Source: Actinomycetota bacterium
Lineage (GTDB): Bacteria; Actinomycetota; AC-67
NCBI GenBank assembly: GCA_046712825.1
Contig: JBKKCR010000096.1
Coordinates: 590 to 64,589, forward strand
Direction: 5' to 3'
Length of the DNA stretch: 64,000 nt
Shown: piece by piece, positions 9,563 through 18,602 of the stretch
How positions within the stretch are numbered: the first letter of the stretch is position 1
Layout of the letters: each line of letters begins with the position of its first letter
Translations under genes and position numbers: made by a program
Notes under the pieces: generated by a model
The model's database searches: none
Told to the model about the DNA's origin: nothing
Seen by the model: the letters and a program-made list of their open reading frames with translations, nothing else

Positions 9563-10113
9563 CCCGGCGGAGGCGGGTCGCCGCGGCGCTGGCGATGGCT
9601 TTGGCTCTAGCCCTCACCGGGTGCAGCACGCGATCTGTCGCCGACGGTCGCTCCTCCCCGGGCCCGGGCGGCACGGCCGCTTCGCCTACGCAGTCCGGAC
9701 CGTCGCGCTCAAGTGGAGGTACGGGAGGCCCGCCAGCCTCCCCGACCGCGGGCAACAGCACGAAGACGCCGACCGCAGCACCGACCGGCGGGGCGACGGT
9801 GGCGAATAGCGACTTCCGGCTCGAGATCCAGGCCCCGGGTTGCGCGCGCATCGGTGGAACGCTCCCCGTCGCGATCACGACCGAACCGGAGGCAGACGTC
9901 GCACTCATCATCGCCTTCTCCGACGGTGACGCGCATGAGGCCCACCAGTTCGGAACGGCCGACGAAAAGGGCGCGTTCTCCACGCAGGTCCCGATCCCGG
10001 CCGCCGCCCCGAAGGGTGACGCCCAGCTGCTCGTGACCGTGGGTCGAGAGCTGAAGGGCAACTCCGGACAGAAGCCGTTCACCGTCGTCGGCGCGGCGGA
10101 CTCGTGCTCCTGA
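9559..10113 (+). CDS. Lipoprotein (lipobox LALTGC), Ser/Thr/Pro-rich linker
   Basis: GTG start overlapping the LivF stop (GTGA); the rest of ORF 9295..10113 upstream lies inside livF in another frame. Confidence 0.55.
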   Translation: MTRRRRVAAALAMALALALTGCSTRSVADGRSSPGPGGTAASPTQSGPSRSSGGTGGPPASPTAGNSTKTPTAAPTGGATVANSDFRLEIQAPGCARIGGTLPVAITTEPEADVALIIAFSDGDAHEAHQFGTADEKGAFSTQVPIPAAAPKGDAQLLVTVGRELKGNSGQKPFTVVGAADSCS

Positions 10114-10727
10114 GCCTCCTGCGCTTCCGGGCCGCCCCGGCCTTGCTCGCCCTGGCTGCGCTGTCCGTCGTCGGATGCCGCGACGGATCGCCCCGAGTCC
10201 TGAACGAGTTCTACTCGCAAGCGGCTCGGTTCACCGTCGAGGTGCGAGGCCACCGCAACGTTAGCTTCGACGGCGAGTGGCGGCTCGTCGTGCTCCGCAA
10301 CGAGGGAGCGGCCGGCATCCAGCTGCTCGTAGTGGGGACCGACACGCCGATCGAGACGCCGGAATGGACGATCGAAGCCTTCGTCGAGCTGGTGGACTTC
10401 CGCGGGGACGGCACCTATGAGGCGCGGCCGCCGACCGGCGCCGGGCAGCAGCAGCTCGTCAACGACGCCTACGCCCAGATCGTCCAACGCATGCCGTCGG
10501 GCATGCCCGAGGCGTTCCGCTACGACCGGGTGGTAAAGCCCTGTCGCTTCCGAATCGAGACCGAAGGACGGAAGGGATCGGCGGTATGCGATGGCCTCGC
10601 AGCCGACGAGGGGGCCAGTCTCCTAGTAACGCTGGAGATGTCGTGGGAGGGCCATGGACCTCTGCAACGGATCACGCCGGAACCGACACCGTCCGCGACC
10701 GCGACCGCGGCGCCGACTTCCACCTAA
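10104..10727 (+). CDS. Putative lipoprotein (…LSVVGC lipobox)
   Basis: ORF track (GTG start); signal peptide plus Cys; 10-nt overlap with the preceding lipoprotein gene. Confidence 0.5.
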   Translation: MLLSLLRFRAAPALLALAALSVVGCRDGSPRVLNEFYSQAARFTVEVRGHRNVSFDGEWRLVVLRNEGAAGIQLLVVGTDTPIETPEWTIEAFVELVDFRGDGTYEARPPTGAGQQQLVNDAYAQIVQRMPSGMPEAFRYDRVVKPCRFRIETEGRKGSAVCDGLAADEGASLLVTLEMSWEGHGPLQRITPEPTPSATATAAPTST

Positions 10728-10794
10728 AGAGGCGGAGAAGGCCCGAAACGTTAGTGCCCGGCCGGCGGCCGGGCACCACGATGAGATCTGCGTC

Positions 10795-11301
10795 CTACAG
10801 TGTCCTGCTCCATGCGAACTTGGCAACCGGCAGGCCGTCGGGCGGGCATTGGGCGAAGATTCGGGTGAAGAAGGTCCCGGCGCCCACCTCTCCGCCGTCG
10901 AAGATCAGGAACGGCGAGGCGACCGGGAAGGTCGTGAGCGGCGCCGCCCATCTCTCGGTCAGGATCAAGGGCACGAGGGTCGCGAAGCTGGTCAGAGTGA
11001 CAGTCACTTTGAGTTCCAGGTTCTGCACGAAGTCGGTCCCACCGCAACGGCCGAGCGTGTCCGAGGTCCCGGTGCCGCTGAACTCGACCGAATAGGTGCC
11101 GTGACCGTCTCCCTGACACGAGCCCTTCCCTAGGATGCTCCAGGGGCTCGCCGCCGGGCCGGGGGGGTTGGCCGTGAACTCCACAATGCCGGACGCGTCG
11201 CACGTGATCAGGCCGATATGGTTAGCCCCCGCCGTGCTCGGGAAGAGCGTGAGCAGCCCCAACGCCGCGAGCATCGCCGCGAGGCCCCGCCGGAATCTCA
11301 T
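10795..11301 (-). CDS. Small secreted hypothetical protein (paralog family B, copy 1)
   Basis: ORF 10795..11406; start re-assigned to MRFRRGLAAMLAALGLLTLFPSTAGA (frame arithmetic gives 11301). Shares GSCQGD..GTY...F.GAGTSDT.G.C......VQNL motifs with 24385..24900. Confidence 0.6.
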   Translation of the reverse strand: MRFRRGLAAMLAALGLLTLFPSTAGANHIGLITCDASGIVEFTANPPGPAASPWSILGKGSCQGDGHGTYSVEFSGTGTSDTLGRCGGTDFVQNLELKVTVTLTSFATLVPLILTERWAAPLTTFPVASPFLIFDGGEVGAGTFFTRIFAQCPPDGLPVAKFAWSRTL

Positions 11302-11698
11302 GGACTTGTCTCTCACCTGGACCCACCTCCCTGGTGGCATGCCCCCAACCCACCTCAATCCGTCGGGAACGCAAGCCATCCCTAGCCCTAAGCTACATTT
11401 CGCCACGAAGTGGACGTCCCCTGCTCAATCCGCGCCCGATTTTCGGCCTGGTGGCTGCGATGCCGGCTCAGGCCGTCTCTCCCGTTGCCGGACGACGAGG
11501 AACCAGGCCAAAGCTTCTGAACCGGCGTCGCTCGTCCCCGTTCTCTTCGAGGGAGGCGACCGGTTCCCTCTCGGACGGGGCGGTCGCGACGGCTGAGGGC
11601 GGACGAAGGGCCGCCACCCCTGAGTACGGGGTGGAGCGCCGCCGCCGTTCGGCTACGGGTACGGCGGAGGCAACAAGGGCCGCGCCGATGGAGAAGGG

Positions 11699-11842
11699 AT
11701 GTACACGTCGACCTGGGTCGTGCGGATCGACGCGCCGGTTGGGCCGGCGCGGGCGGACGTCATCGCCGCCGACGGCGAAAGCTTCGGCTACGACGACCCG
11801 CCCTTCTACGTGGCTGCCTCCAGTGCCGGCTGTCCGGGCTGA
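11699..11842 (+). CDS. Possible unlisted 47-aa ORF (MYTSTWVVRIDAPVGPARADVIAADGESFGYDDPPFYVAASSAGCPG)
   Basis: Not in the six-frame track (<60 aa). About 90% G/C at third codon positions over the whole ORF; GGAGAAGGG directly upstream of the ATG; lies in a 700-bp otherwise unassigned divergent intergenic region. Confidence 0.3.
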   Translation: MYTSTWVVRIDAPVGPARADVIAADGESFGYDDPPFYVAASSAGCPG

Positions 11843-12041
11843 TGGCCCCCAGGCCACCCGGCGAATAACCCCAGGTCAGACCCTCTCCCGGTTAGACCTT
11901 GCCCTGATTTGGGTACAAACGGAGCAACTCAGCCGGCTCAGGTGATAAAGCGAACATCCCGAAACAAGCGTTGCGGGAACTTCGCTCGAATCGTTGAACT
12001 AAGCAGATGTAGGCGTATCGTTGGTATCGGAGGTATGCAGG

Positions 12042-12308
12042 TTGCGGTCCAGGGCACGCGTCATCGTCGGCCTCGCAACGGCCTTGTGGCTGGCCGTCAT
12101 GCATTCGACCGCCTTCGCCCAGGGCTATCCCGGAGGCGGGAACACGCCCCCTCCCACGGTTGGTGGATCGAAGTTCTTCCCGGGCGACGACAAGCTTCCG
12201 CGTACGGGCACCGACCTTCTGCTGATCATCCTGGTCGCCCTCATCATCCTGTTCGTCGGGCTCGCGCTGCATCGGCTTTCTCGCCGCGCGAATCCAAGTG
12301 ACGGCTGA
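12042..12308 (+). CDS. Micro-protein with signal peptide, LPRTG motif, hydrophobic segment and basic tail (LPXTG-type sorting-signal architecture)
   Basis: Frame of ORF 12021..12308. The GC3 bias begins near TTG 12042, which sits 9 nt after GGAGG. Product: MRSRARVIVGLATALWLAVMHSTAFA|QGYPGGGNTPPPTVGGSKFFPGDDKLPRTG-TDLLLIILVALIILFVGLAL-HRLSRRANPSDG. Confidence 0.5.
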   Translation: MRSRARVIVGLATALWLAVMHSTAFAQGYPGGGNTPPPTVGGSKFFPGDDKLPRTGTDLLLIILVALIILFVGLALHRLSRRANPSDG

Positions 12309-14052
12309 TCGTTCCGCCGCTCTAAACGGCGCGCAACCTCCCGTTCCGATGCGTTCACGCGTACGCGTTCGCATCGTCTTGCTCGCGGGAGCAGCGATCG
12401 TTCTCATGATCGGAGGGCTCGCGCTGCTCGATGCGTTGGCGGTCGCGGATGACCTCCGCTCCGGTCGTGTCGCATTCAAGATGCTGACCGATCAAGGACT
12501 CACCGGCGACGGGAAGCTCGCCCTCCAAGTCGAGCGAGGCGCGGCGATATTCGCCGAAGCAGACCGGCGCGCGCAGGGAAGCGTGTGGCTCGACGGCCTC
12601 GGGAAGATCCCGTTCCTCGGACGGCCGGCCCGGTGGTTGCAAGCGGCATCGGATATCGCTGCACGACTCGGCGAAGAAGCGGCCGATTCCGTCGGGCGCA
12701 TCGAGCCGCGCCTGAAAGCTTCCGGGGAACCCAACGGGCGGCTCGAGATGATCTCGCTCGTCGAGACCGAGCTGGCGCGTCTTGGACGCCTCGTCGGCGA
12801 CATCCGCCTCCCATCCACCGGGGGGTTCCTGCCGCCGGTAAGCGCAGCCGATCGCGAGCTGCGCTCGGATCTTGCCCGGCTACGGCGAGCGCTCGTCGCC
12901 GGAACGGTGACCACTAAAGGACTTCGTGCGTTCCTCGCCGGACCGAGCACCTACGTGGTGCTCGCCGCGAACAACGCGGAGATGCGCTCCGGGGGGATGG
13001 TGCTCCAGGTCGGCGTCCTTCAGGCATCCGGGGGGCGGGTCCTCGCGGGCGGATTCCGATCGACGGGTGAAGCTGTGCTCCGCGATCCGGCGCCGTTGCC
13101 GCCGGAACTGGAGTCGCTGTACGGCTGGCTCGATCCCGACACCGAATGGAGGAACCTCGGCACCTCTCCCAACTTTCCGGGGATCGCGCCCGTCTACGCC
13201 TCGATGGCTCAGAAGAGCGGTCTGTCCCGCGTGGACGGCGTACTCCAGATCGACGTGCTCGGCGTTCGCGCCTTGCTCGAGGTGATCGGGCCGATCGAGG
13301 TCGACGGACGGCGGTACGATCCTTCCAACGTCGAGAAGCTCATGATGCACGACCTCTACGTCGCATACGGCGACGAGCAGTTCGAGCGTCGACACGAGTT
13401 CTCGCGCCTGGCGGCAGAGGCATTCCGTGTGCTGACCGAACGCAGCTCCGATCTCGGAAAGCTCGCCAAGGCGGTGAGCCGCGCGGCCGCGGGCAGGCAC
13501 CTGCTCGCATGGTCGGCGCGCCCGGACGAGCAGCGCGCCTGGGAGCGGCTGGGTATGGACGGGAGACTCGAGCGCGACGGCTTCATGGCGACGGTTCAGA
13601 ACCACGGCGGGAACAAGCTGGATTGGTACGTGCGGGCCTCGGTCGATTTGGCGGTCGAGCGTCCGGAAGGACGTTTCCGGCGCGTTCGCGCCAAAATAAA
13701 GATCGAGAACTTGACCCCGCCCGGCGAGCCTCCCTACGTCGCCGGGAATGGCGCCATCGTTCCGAAGAACGTCTACCGAGCTTTCGTCGCCGTTTACCTT
13801 CCGGGGTGGGCGACGAACGTCGAGCTCGTGGGGCGTGAGGCCCTCGTGATCGGAACCGACGGTCCGATGCGCGTCATCGCAACGCGACTCGACATCCGCC
13901 GCGCGGCCTCGGAGGTCGTGGAAGTCGTGTTCTCGGTGCCGCCGGGTATGGAACGGATCCTGCTGCTTCCGTCCGCTCGCCCGGCACCGGTTCCGTTCCG
14001 CATCGGCGATCGCACGGTCGACGATTCGGCCAAGCGTCTCGTGACCGTCTAG
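12298..14052 (+). CDS. DUF4012-like membrane-anchored protein
   Basis: N-terminal TM; the segment YVVLAANNAEMRSGGMVLQVGVLQASGGRV resembles the DUF4012 core (NNAExRxxGG). This family is commonly found in actinobacterial polysaccharide loci. Confidence 0.6.
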   Translation: MTADRSAALNGAQPPVPMRSRVRVRIVLLAGAAIVLMIGGLALLDALAVADDLRSGRVAFKMLTDQGLTGDGKLALQVERGAAIFAEADRRAQGSVWLDGLGKIPFLGRPARWLQAASDIAARLGEEAADSVGRIEPRLKASGEPNGRLEMISLVETELARLGRLVGDIRLPSTGGFLPPVSAADRELRSDLARLRRALVAGTVTTKGLRAFLAGPSTYVVLAANNAEMRSGGMVLQVGVLQASGGRVLAGGFRSTGEAVLRDPAPLPPELESLYGWLDPDTEWRNLGTSPNFPGIAPVYASMAQKSGLSRVDGVLQIDVLGVRALLEVIGPIEVDGRRYDPSNVEKLMMHDLYVAYGDEQFERRHEFSRLAAEAFRVLTERSSDLGKLAKAVSRAAAGRHLLAWSARPDEQRAWERLGMDGRLERDGFMATVQNHGGNKLDWYVRASVDLAVERPEGRFRRVRAKIKIENLTPPGEPPYVAGNGAIVPKNVYRAFVAVYLPGWATNVELVGREALVIGTDGPMRVIATRLDIRRAASEVVEVVFSVPPGMERILLLPSARPAPVPFRIGDRTVDDSAKRLVTV

Positions 14053-14058
14053 AGCGTC

Positions 14059-15540
14059 ATGAGGGCGAAGAGCTTGCTCGTCCGAACCCATATGGATGAG
14101 GTCTCTGCTCCTAGAAAGAGCGTTATCCCCCAGCAGATAGTCAGCTTCCTCCTTGCGTTGTTCGTCGGTGTTGCACCGATCGCTTCCTCGGTGCAGTCCG
14201 CATCCCCGGTCACCGTCGCACGGCTCGAGGTTCGGATCACCACGACTTCGCCGATGACGCAGGTGATCCTGAGACCGGGCCGGATCGCCGCTCAGCGTGC
14301 AATCTCAGTGCCCGACGACGTCAAGGTCACGCAACTGCCCGCCGGATGGGTGCTCAACACACCTGGGGGCCAGCTTCGCACCGTTGTGATGCGCGCCGTT
14401 TTCGAGGAAACCGCTCGCGCGTCGAAGATCCAGGTCGCCGTGCGGAAAGGTTTCGCGGGCAGGACGGACGTGGATATCCGTAACGTGTCCGGCGCTTCGT
14501 TCGCCGCTGCGCGGGTCGTGAACGATCTTCCGCGGTCCGCCACCGGAGCCAAGTCGAGCGACGGACTCACCGTGGTGCTCACCCGAACGCGCGCGCAGCT
14601 TCTCGGCTCGGCCAACCCCACTGCGATGCTTCCGGTCGATCCGCAGCGTCTCGTCCTTGCCGCGTACTACCCGTGGTACCCGGGGACGGAAGGCAGGTAC
14701 GCCAACCCGCAGTTCGCAGACCGTCCCGTGGATGGCCGCAGCACCGCGACATGGGCCGGGGTGCTTTCGATGACGCAGCAAGCCCGGCAGGTGGGGGTCG
14801 ACGGCTTCATCGTCTCGTGGGAAGGCGAGGGTTACTCGGGCAAGAGCTTCGACCTTGCGCTTACGGCCGCGCGTCAAACCGGCGGCGTTGTCTCTCCATA
14901 CCTCGAGATGCTGCGCGCGCGTGCTCCCGGCGACACGAGCGGCAAAGCCAACCCGCTCGTCGTTCTCGAGTGGCTGAGCGCGGTGCTGGGGAGGGCCGAC
15001 AACCCGGCGTTCTTGCGATCGGGTGGCATCCCGGTGGTCTTCGTCTGGCAGATGGGCAACCTGAGCCGTCTCGGCTGGCTGAACGTGCTCGGCGAGCTCG
15101 CCAAACAAGGGAAGGATGTGCGGCTCGTCGGCGACGCCGACAACTCCTACGGAGCGGTGCAGTGGGGCGTGCAGGAGTACAACCCGAACTTCATGTCGCC
15201 CGCCGATCTGGCGCGGCACAACCGCGACGTGATGCTCGACACGAGGTTGTTGGCGACGTCCGACGCGACGGCACCGCATGTGTACGTCGCGACCGTCTCT
15301 CCCGGCTACGACGATTCGAAGATCCCCGACCCCGCGCGCACGGCTCCGGTCGTCGCGCGCGGTGAGGCGGGCGAGCGGTACATCGCCTCATGGGATGCCG
15401 CTCTCGCAGCCCAGCCGGACTGGGTGATGATCACCTCATGGAACGAGTGGTTCGAGGGCACGGCCATCGAGCCGAGCATCGGCCACGGGGACCTTGCGCT
15501 CCGTCAAACCGCGGAACAGGCCGCGCGTTTCGCCGAATAG
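14059..15540 (+). CDS. Secreted GH99-like protein (endo-alpha-mannosidase / WbsX-related fold), copy 1
   Basis: YYPWYPG...VDGFIVSWEGEG... and C-terminal WVMITSWNEWFEGTAIEP (compare the GH99 catalytic NEWHE region). Paralog of 41030..42478. Confidence 0.55.
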   Translation: MRAKSLLVRTHMDEVSAPRKSVIPQQIVSFLLALFVGVAPIASSVQSASPVTVARLEVRITTTSPMTQVILRPGRIAAQRAISVPDDVKVTQLPAGWVLNTPGGQLRTVVMRAVFEETARASKIQVAVRKGFAGRTDVDIRNVSGASFAAARVVNDLPRSATGAKSSDGLTVVLTRTRAQLLGSANPTAMLPVDPQRLVLAAYYPWYPGTEGRYANPQFADRPVDGRSTATWAGVLSMTQQARQVGVDGFIVSWEGEGYSGKSFDLALTAARQTGGVVSPYLEMLRARAPGDTSGKANPLVVLEWLSAVLGRADNPAFLRSGGIPVVFVWQMGNLSRLGWLNVLGELAKQGKDVRLVGDADNSYGAVQWGVQEYNPNFMSPADLARHNRDVMLDTRLLATSDATAPHVYVATVSPGYDDSKIPDPARTAPVVARGEAGERYIASWDAALAAQPDWVMITSWNEWFEGTAIEPSIGHGDLALRQTAEQAARFAE

Positions 15541-15613
15541 GGCCCAAACGGTTGACCCCTTCTCCCTGCCCGGCCAGAATAGCGTCCTCTCCGGGGCCCG
15601 AGACGAGGGCGGC

Positions 15614-16333
15614 ATGAGCGGAAACGCCAGAGAATCGATGCGGACGTATTGGGACGAGGCCGCCAGGACCAACGCGGCCTGGTACGTCGATACCAGCCTC
15701 AGCTTCGACTCTCCGGACCTCGACCGGTTCTTCGAGACGGGCCGAACGGTCGTTGCCGCCGCGCTGGACGAGGCGAACGTCGTTCCGGCGGGCCGCGCCC
15801 TCGCCGTCGAGATCGGCTCGGGACTGGGGCGCATCTGCCGTGCGCTGTCGGAACGGTTCGATCGTGTGATCGGCCTCGACATCTCCGAAGAGATGGTGCG
15901 CCGGGCGAAGGAGTTCGTGCCCGAGCCGCGCATCGCATTCGAGGTCTCCAGCGGAACGGATCTGCGTTCGGTTCCCGACGCGGCGGCAGATCTCGTGCTG
16001 ACGTTCACCGTGTTCCAGCACATCCCCGACGTCGGTGTCATCGAGGGATACGTGCACGAGGCGGGGCGCGTCTTGAAGCCCGGCGGCGTGTTCGTGTTCC
16101 AGTGGAACAACACGCCCGGCGCGCGACGGTGGGCGTTCAAGCGGAGTTTGCTGGGGTTCCTGCAGCGGACCGGCTTGCGATCGGAGCGCTACAAGCGCAA
16201 CGCTCCGGAGTTCCTCGGCAGCCGAGTTCCGCTCGATCGCATGCGCGCCGCGCTGACCGCCGGGGGGATGGATCTGCGCGACACCATGGGCCTCGACACG
16301 CTATACGCCTGGGCGTGGGCGGTGAAGCGATGA
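15614..16333 (+). CDS. Class I SAM-dependent methyltransferase
   Basis: VEIGSGLGRICRALSERFDRVIGLDISEEMV (motif I) ... VLKPGGVFVF; internal ATG chosen in ORF 15494..16333. Confidence 0.7.
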   Translation: MSGNARESMRTYWDEAARTNAAWYVDTSLSFDSPDLDRFFETGRTVVAAALDEANVVPAGRALAVEIGSGLGRICRALSERFDRVIGLDISEEMVRRAKEFVPEPRIAFEVSSGTDLRSVPDAAADLVLTFTVFQHIPDVGVIEGYVHEAGRVLKPGGVFVFQWNNTPGARRWAFKRSLLGFLQRTGLRSERYKRNAPEFLGSRVPLDRMRAALTAGGMDLRDTMGLDTLYAWAWAVKR

Positions 16334-17463
16334 GGAAGCGCGAGCTCGCGAAGTCCGCGGTGCGCAACGGCGTCCCGCTCGCGCTCGTCGCCACGGCGCT
16401 GCGGCCCCGCGCGTCGCGTCTGCAGCGTGCCGGCGCCCTCGCTGCCCTGCTCGGCTTCTGGAGCGTCATCTACGCGCGCTACCGCAAGGGCGGCGTCGCG
16501 CAAACTCACCATGAACGCGAGCTGCTCAAGGGCGTCTCCTGGGAAGCGTTCTGGCGGCACTACAACGAACGCGTGCCCACGATCGAGGAAGAGTTCGAGA
16601 TGTGGGGCGCGTATCACCAGCATCGCCACGAGATGCGCTACGACCTCGTCGCCGACGAGGTACGCAAGTACCTTCCGCCCGGCGGCCGGGTGCTCGACGT
16701 CGGGTGTGGAAGCGCGCTGGTCGCCGACCGGATCCGCGACATGGACGCGACCTATGTGGGCTTCGATTTCGGCGGGCACCACATCGAGTACGCGGCGAAG
16801 AAATACGCGGATATCACCGACCGCAAGCTCGGAACCGTGTTCGCCCGCGGCGACGCGCAAAAGATGCCGTTCACCGATGCGAGCGCGGATGTCGTGGTAT
16901 TCAGCGAAGTCATCGAGCATCTCCTTCAGCCGGAGCTGGCCGTGTGGGAGATCGCCCGGGTCCTCAAACCGGGCGGCGTGCTCGTGATGACGACGAACAA
17001 CGCATCCGAGGTGCCGCTGCGCTCTCCGCTGTCGCACCTGTTCGCTTGGCTCGAGAAGGCTTTCGGGGCCGAGCACCCGAAGCTCATCTCGCTGCGACCG
17101 TGGGTCTGGCCGTGGCCGGTCGACCGGGATCTGCTACCGGAGGGATCCCCGGACGTCTACCTGCCGCACACGCACCACATCATGGGCGAGACCCGCGCGA
17201 TGTTCGGTGCCGCCGGGCTCGACACGTTCGAGTGGTCGACGTTCGAGTTCCCGCCGCCGCAAGCAGCGTCCGCGCAGTGGCTCGATAAGCGCGGGGCGCC
17301 GGGACGCAAAGCCGTGGACGCGATCGAGTGGGCGGCGCAACGCACGCCCCTCGTTTGGCGGCTCGGCTGTCACGTGTTCATGCGCGCGCGAAAGGTGTCC
17401 GACCCCGTGTCGCCAACGCCGCCTCCGGGCGTGTGGCCGGGACCCTTCTCGGGCGGGGACTAG
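16330..17463 (+). CDS. Class I SAM-dependent methyltransferase (with N-terminal extension)
   Basis: VLDVGCGSALVADRI...VVVFSEVIEHLLQPELAVWEIARVLKPGGVLVMTT; ATGA overlap with the upstream methyltransferase. Confidence 0.65.
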   Translation: MRKRELAKSAVRNGVPLALVATALRPRASRLQRAGALAALLGFWSVIYARYRKGGVAQTHHERELLKGVSWEAFWRHYNERVPTIEEEFEMWGAYHQHRHEMRYDLVADEVRKYLPPGGRVLDVGCGSALVADRIRDMDATYVGFDFGGHHIEYAAKKYADITDRKLGTVFARGDAQKMPFTDASADVVVFSEVIEHLLQPELAVWEIARVLKPGGVLVMTTNNASEVPLRSPLSHLFAWLEKAFGAEHPKLISLRPWVWPWPVDRDLLPEGSPDVYLPHTHHIMGETRAMFGAAGLDTFEWSTFEFPPPQAASAQWLDKRGAPGRKAVDAIEWAAQRTPLVWRLGCHVFMRARKVSDPVSPTPPPGVWPGPFSGGD

Positions 17464-17482
17464 ACTCCGCCGGGAAAAGACG

Positions 17483-17508
17483 GCGGCCCCCGGTTTCCCG
17501 GGAGCCGC
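17483..17508. terminator. GC-rich hairpin (gcggcccccgg-tttc-ccgggagccgc) between convergent genes
   Basis: Read from the sequence; one mismatch in an 11-bp stem. Confidence 0.35.
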
Positions 17509-17581
17509 GTTGGAGCATCCCTCGCAGGCTATAGGGATGATTCGCTATTTCCGGGCGGACTCCTGCTTGCGAAGAGAAGTC

Positions 17582-18598
17582 TTAGAGCACGGCCCGGCGG
17601 CTGCGGAGGCTGCCGGAAACGAGGGAAACCAGGCCGACGGCGTCCCCGGCGGCGAGCTGGCCCAGGCGGGCAAGACGCGGCCGCCCCGGCTTCCGTCCGG
17701 CCTGCCGCCAGCGAGCCGCGAGCCAGGGGAGCGCCGCGAGGGCCGGCCATGGCTTGCGGCTCATCAGCCCGGCGAGCCCTCCGGCGAGCGCCAGGTCGAA
17801 CAGCGCGGTATCCCACGACAAGAAGACGCCCAGCCGCATCGCGCGACGCAAGCCGGGGGCGCGTCGGACGAGGTCGGGGAACAGGCGGAGCCGGCGACGC
17901 TCGGCGAGCCAGTCCGCGAACGTGGCCGGATGGACACGGTGATGGACGAGGGCCGCCGGACGATAAACCGTCGTGCCGCCGTCGGCTATCAGTCTCCAGC
18001 CGAGCTCCGCGTCCTCACCGAAATGCGCGCGCGTGCCGGTTGGAGCGTCGGGCCTTCCGGCGGCGAATCCGCCGAGCCGCTCGAAGGTCCCGCGACGCCA
18101 GCCGATGTTGCAGGTCTCGTAGAGCTGCGTTGCGGCGGTGATCCAGACGGTGCGCGCCCAGGGCCCGGCGGCGGCCTGTTCCGACGGCGGCGGGAGCGTC
18201 CGCCCCTGGACGACGTCCGCGTCGCCCAACCCGCGCGTGATGGCGTCGAGCCAGCCCGGCGTCGGAAGACAGTCGTCGTCGGTGAACGCGAACGCCGGCG
18301 CGCGTGCGAGCGAGGCGGCGAGGTTCCGCGCGACGGCCGGGCCGCGATTTCCCTCCGCGCGTGCGGCGAGCATGCGCAGCGGCGTCGAGGATACGAGCCG
18401 TCGCAATACCTCCCACGTGTCGTCGGTCGACGCATCGTCCACGACGACCACCTCGAAGAGCGCTGGGGCGAGGGTTTGCGCTTCGAGCGACGCGATCAGC
18501 TCGGGCAGGAAAGTGGCGCGGTCGTGCGTCGGAACGATGACCGAGGTCGACGGCGTGCCTGCGGTGCTCCAAGAAGGGCTTTCGACGCGTTCGGTCAT
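17582..18598 (-). CDS. Glycosyltransferase family 2
   Basis: VIVPTHDRATFLPELIASLEAQT...EVVVVDDASTDDT...FTDDDCLP (DXD); start at MTERVE by frame arithmetic. Confidence 0.8.
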   Translation of the reverse strand: MTERVESPSWSTAGTPSTSVIVPTHDRATFLPELIASLEAQTLAPALFEVVVVDDASTDDTWEVLRRLVSSTPLRMLAARAEGNRGPAVARNLAASLARAPAFAFTDDDCLPTPGWLDAITRGLGDADVVQGRTLPPPSEQAAAGPWARTVWITAATQLYETCNIGWRRGTFERLGGFAAGRPDAPTGTRAHFGEDAELGWRLIADGGTTVYRPAALVHHRVHPATFADWLAERRRLRLFPDLVRRAPGLRRAMRLGVFLSWDTALFDLALAGGLAGLMSRKPWPALAALPWLAARWRQAGRKPGRPRLARLGQLAAGDAVGLVSLVSGSLRSRRAVL

Positions 18599-18602
18599 CG
18601 GT

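Noticed and set aside
11334-11945. 203-aa plus ORF and 129-aa minus ORF (11468..11857) in the divergent intergenic region
   Set aside because: Arg-rich with no third-position GC bias; a short alternative frame (11699..11842) carries the coding signal instead.
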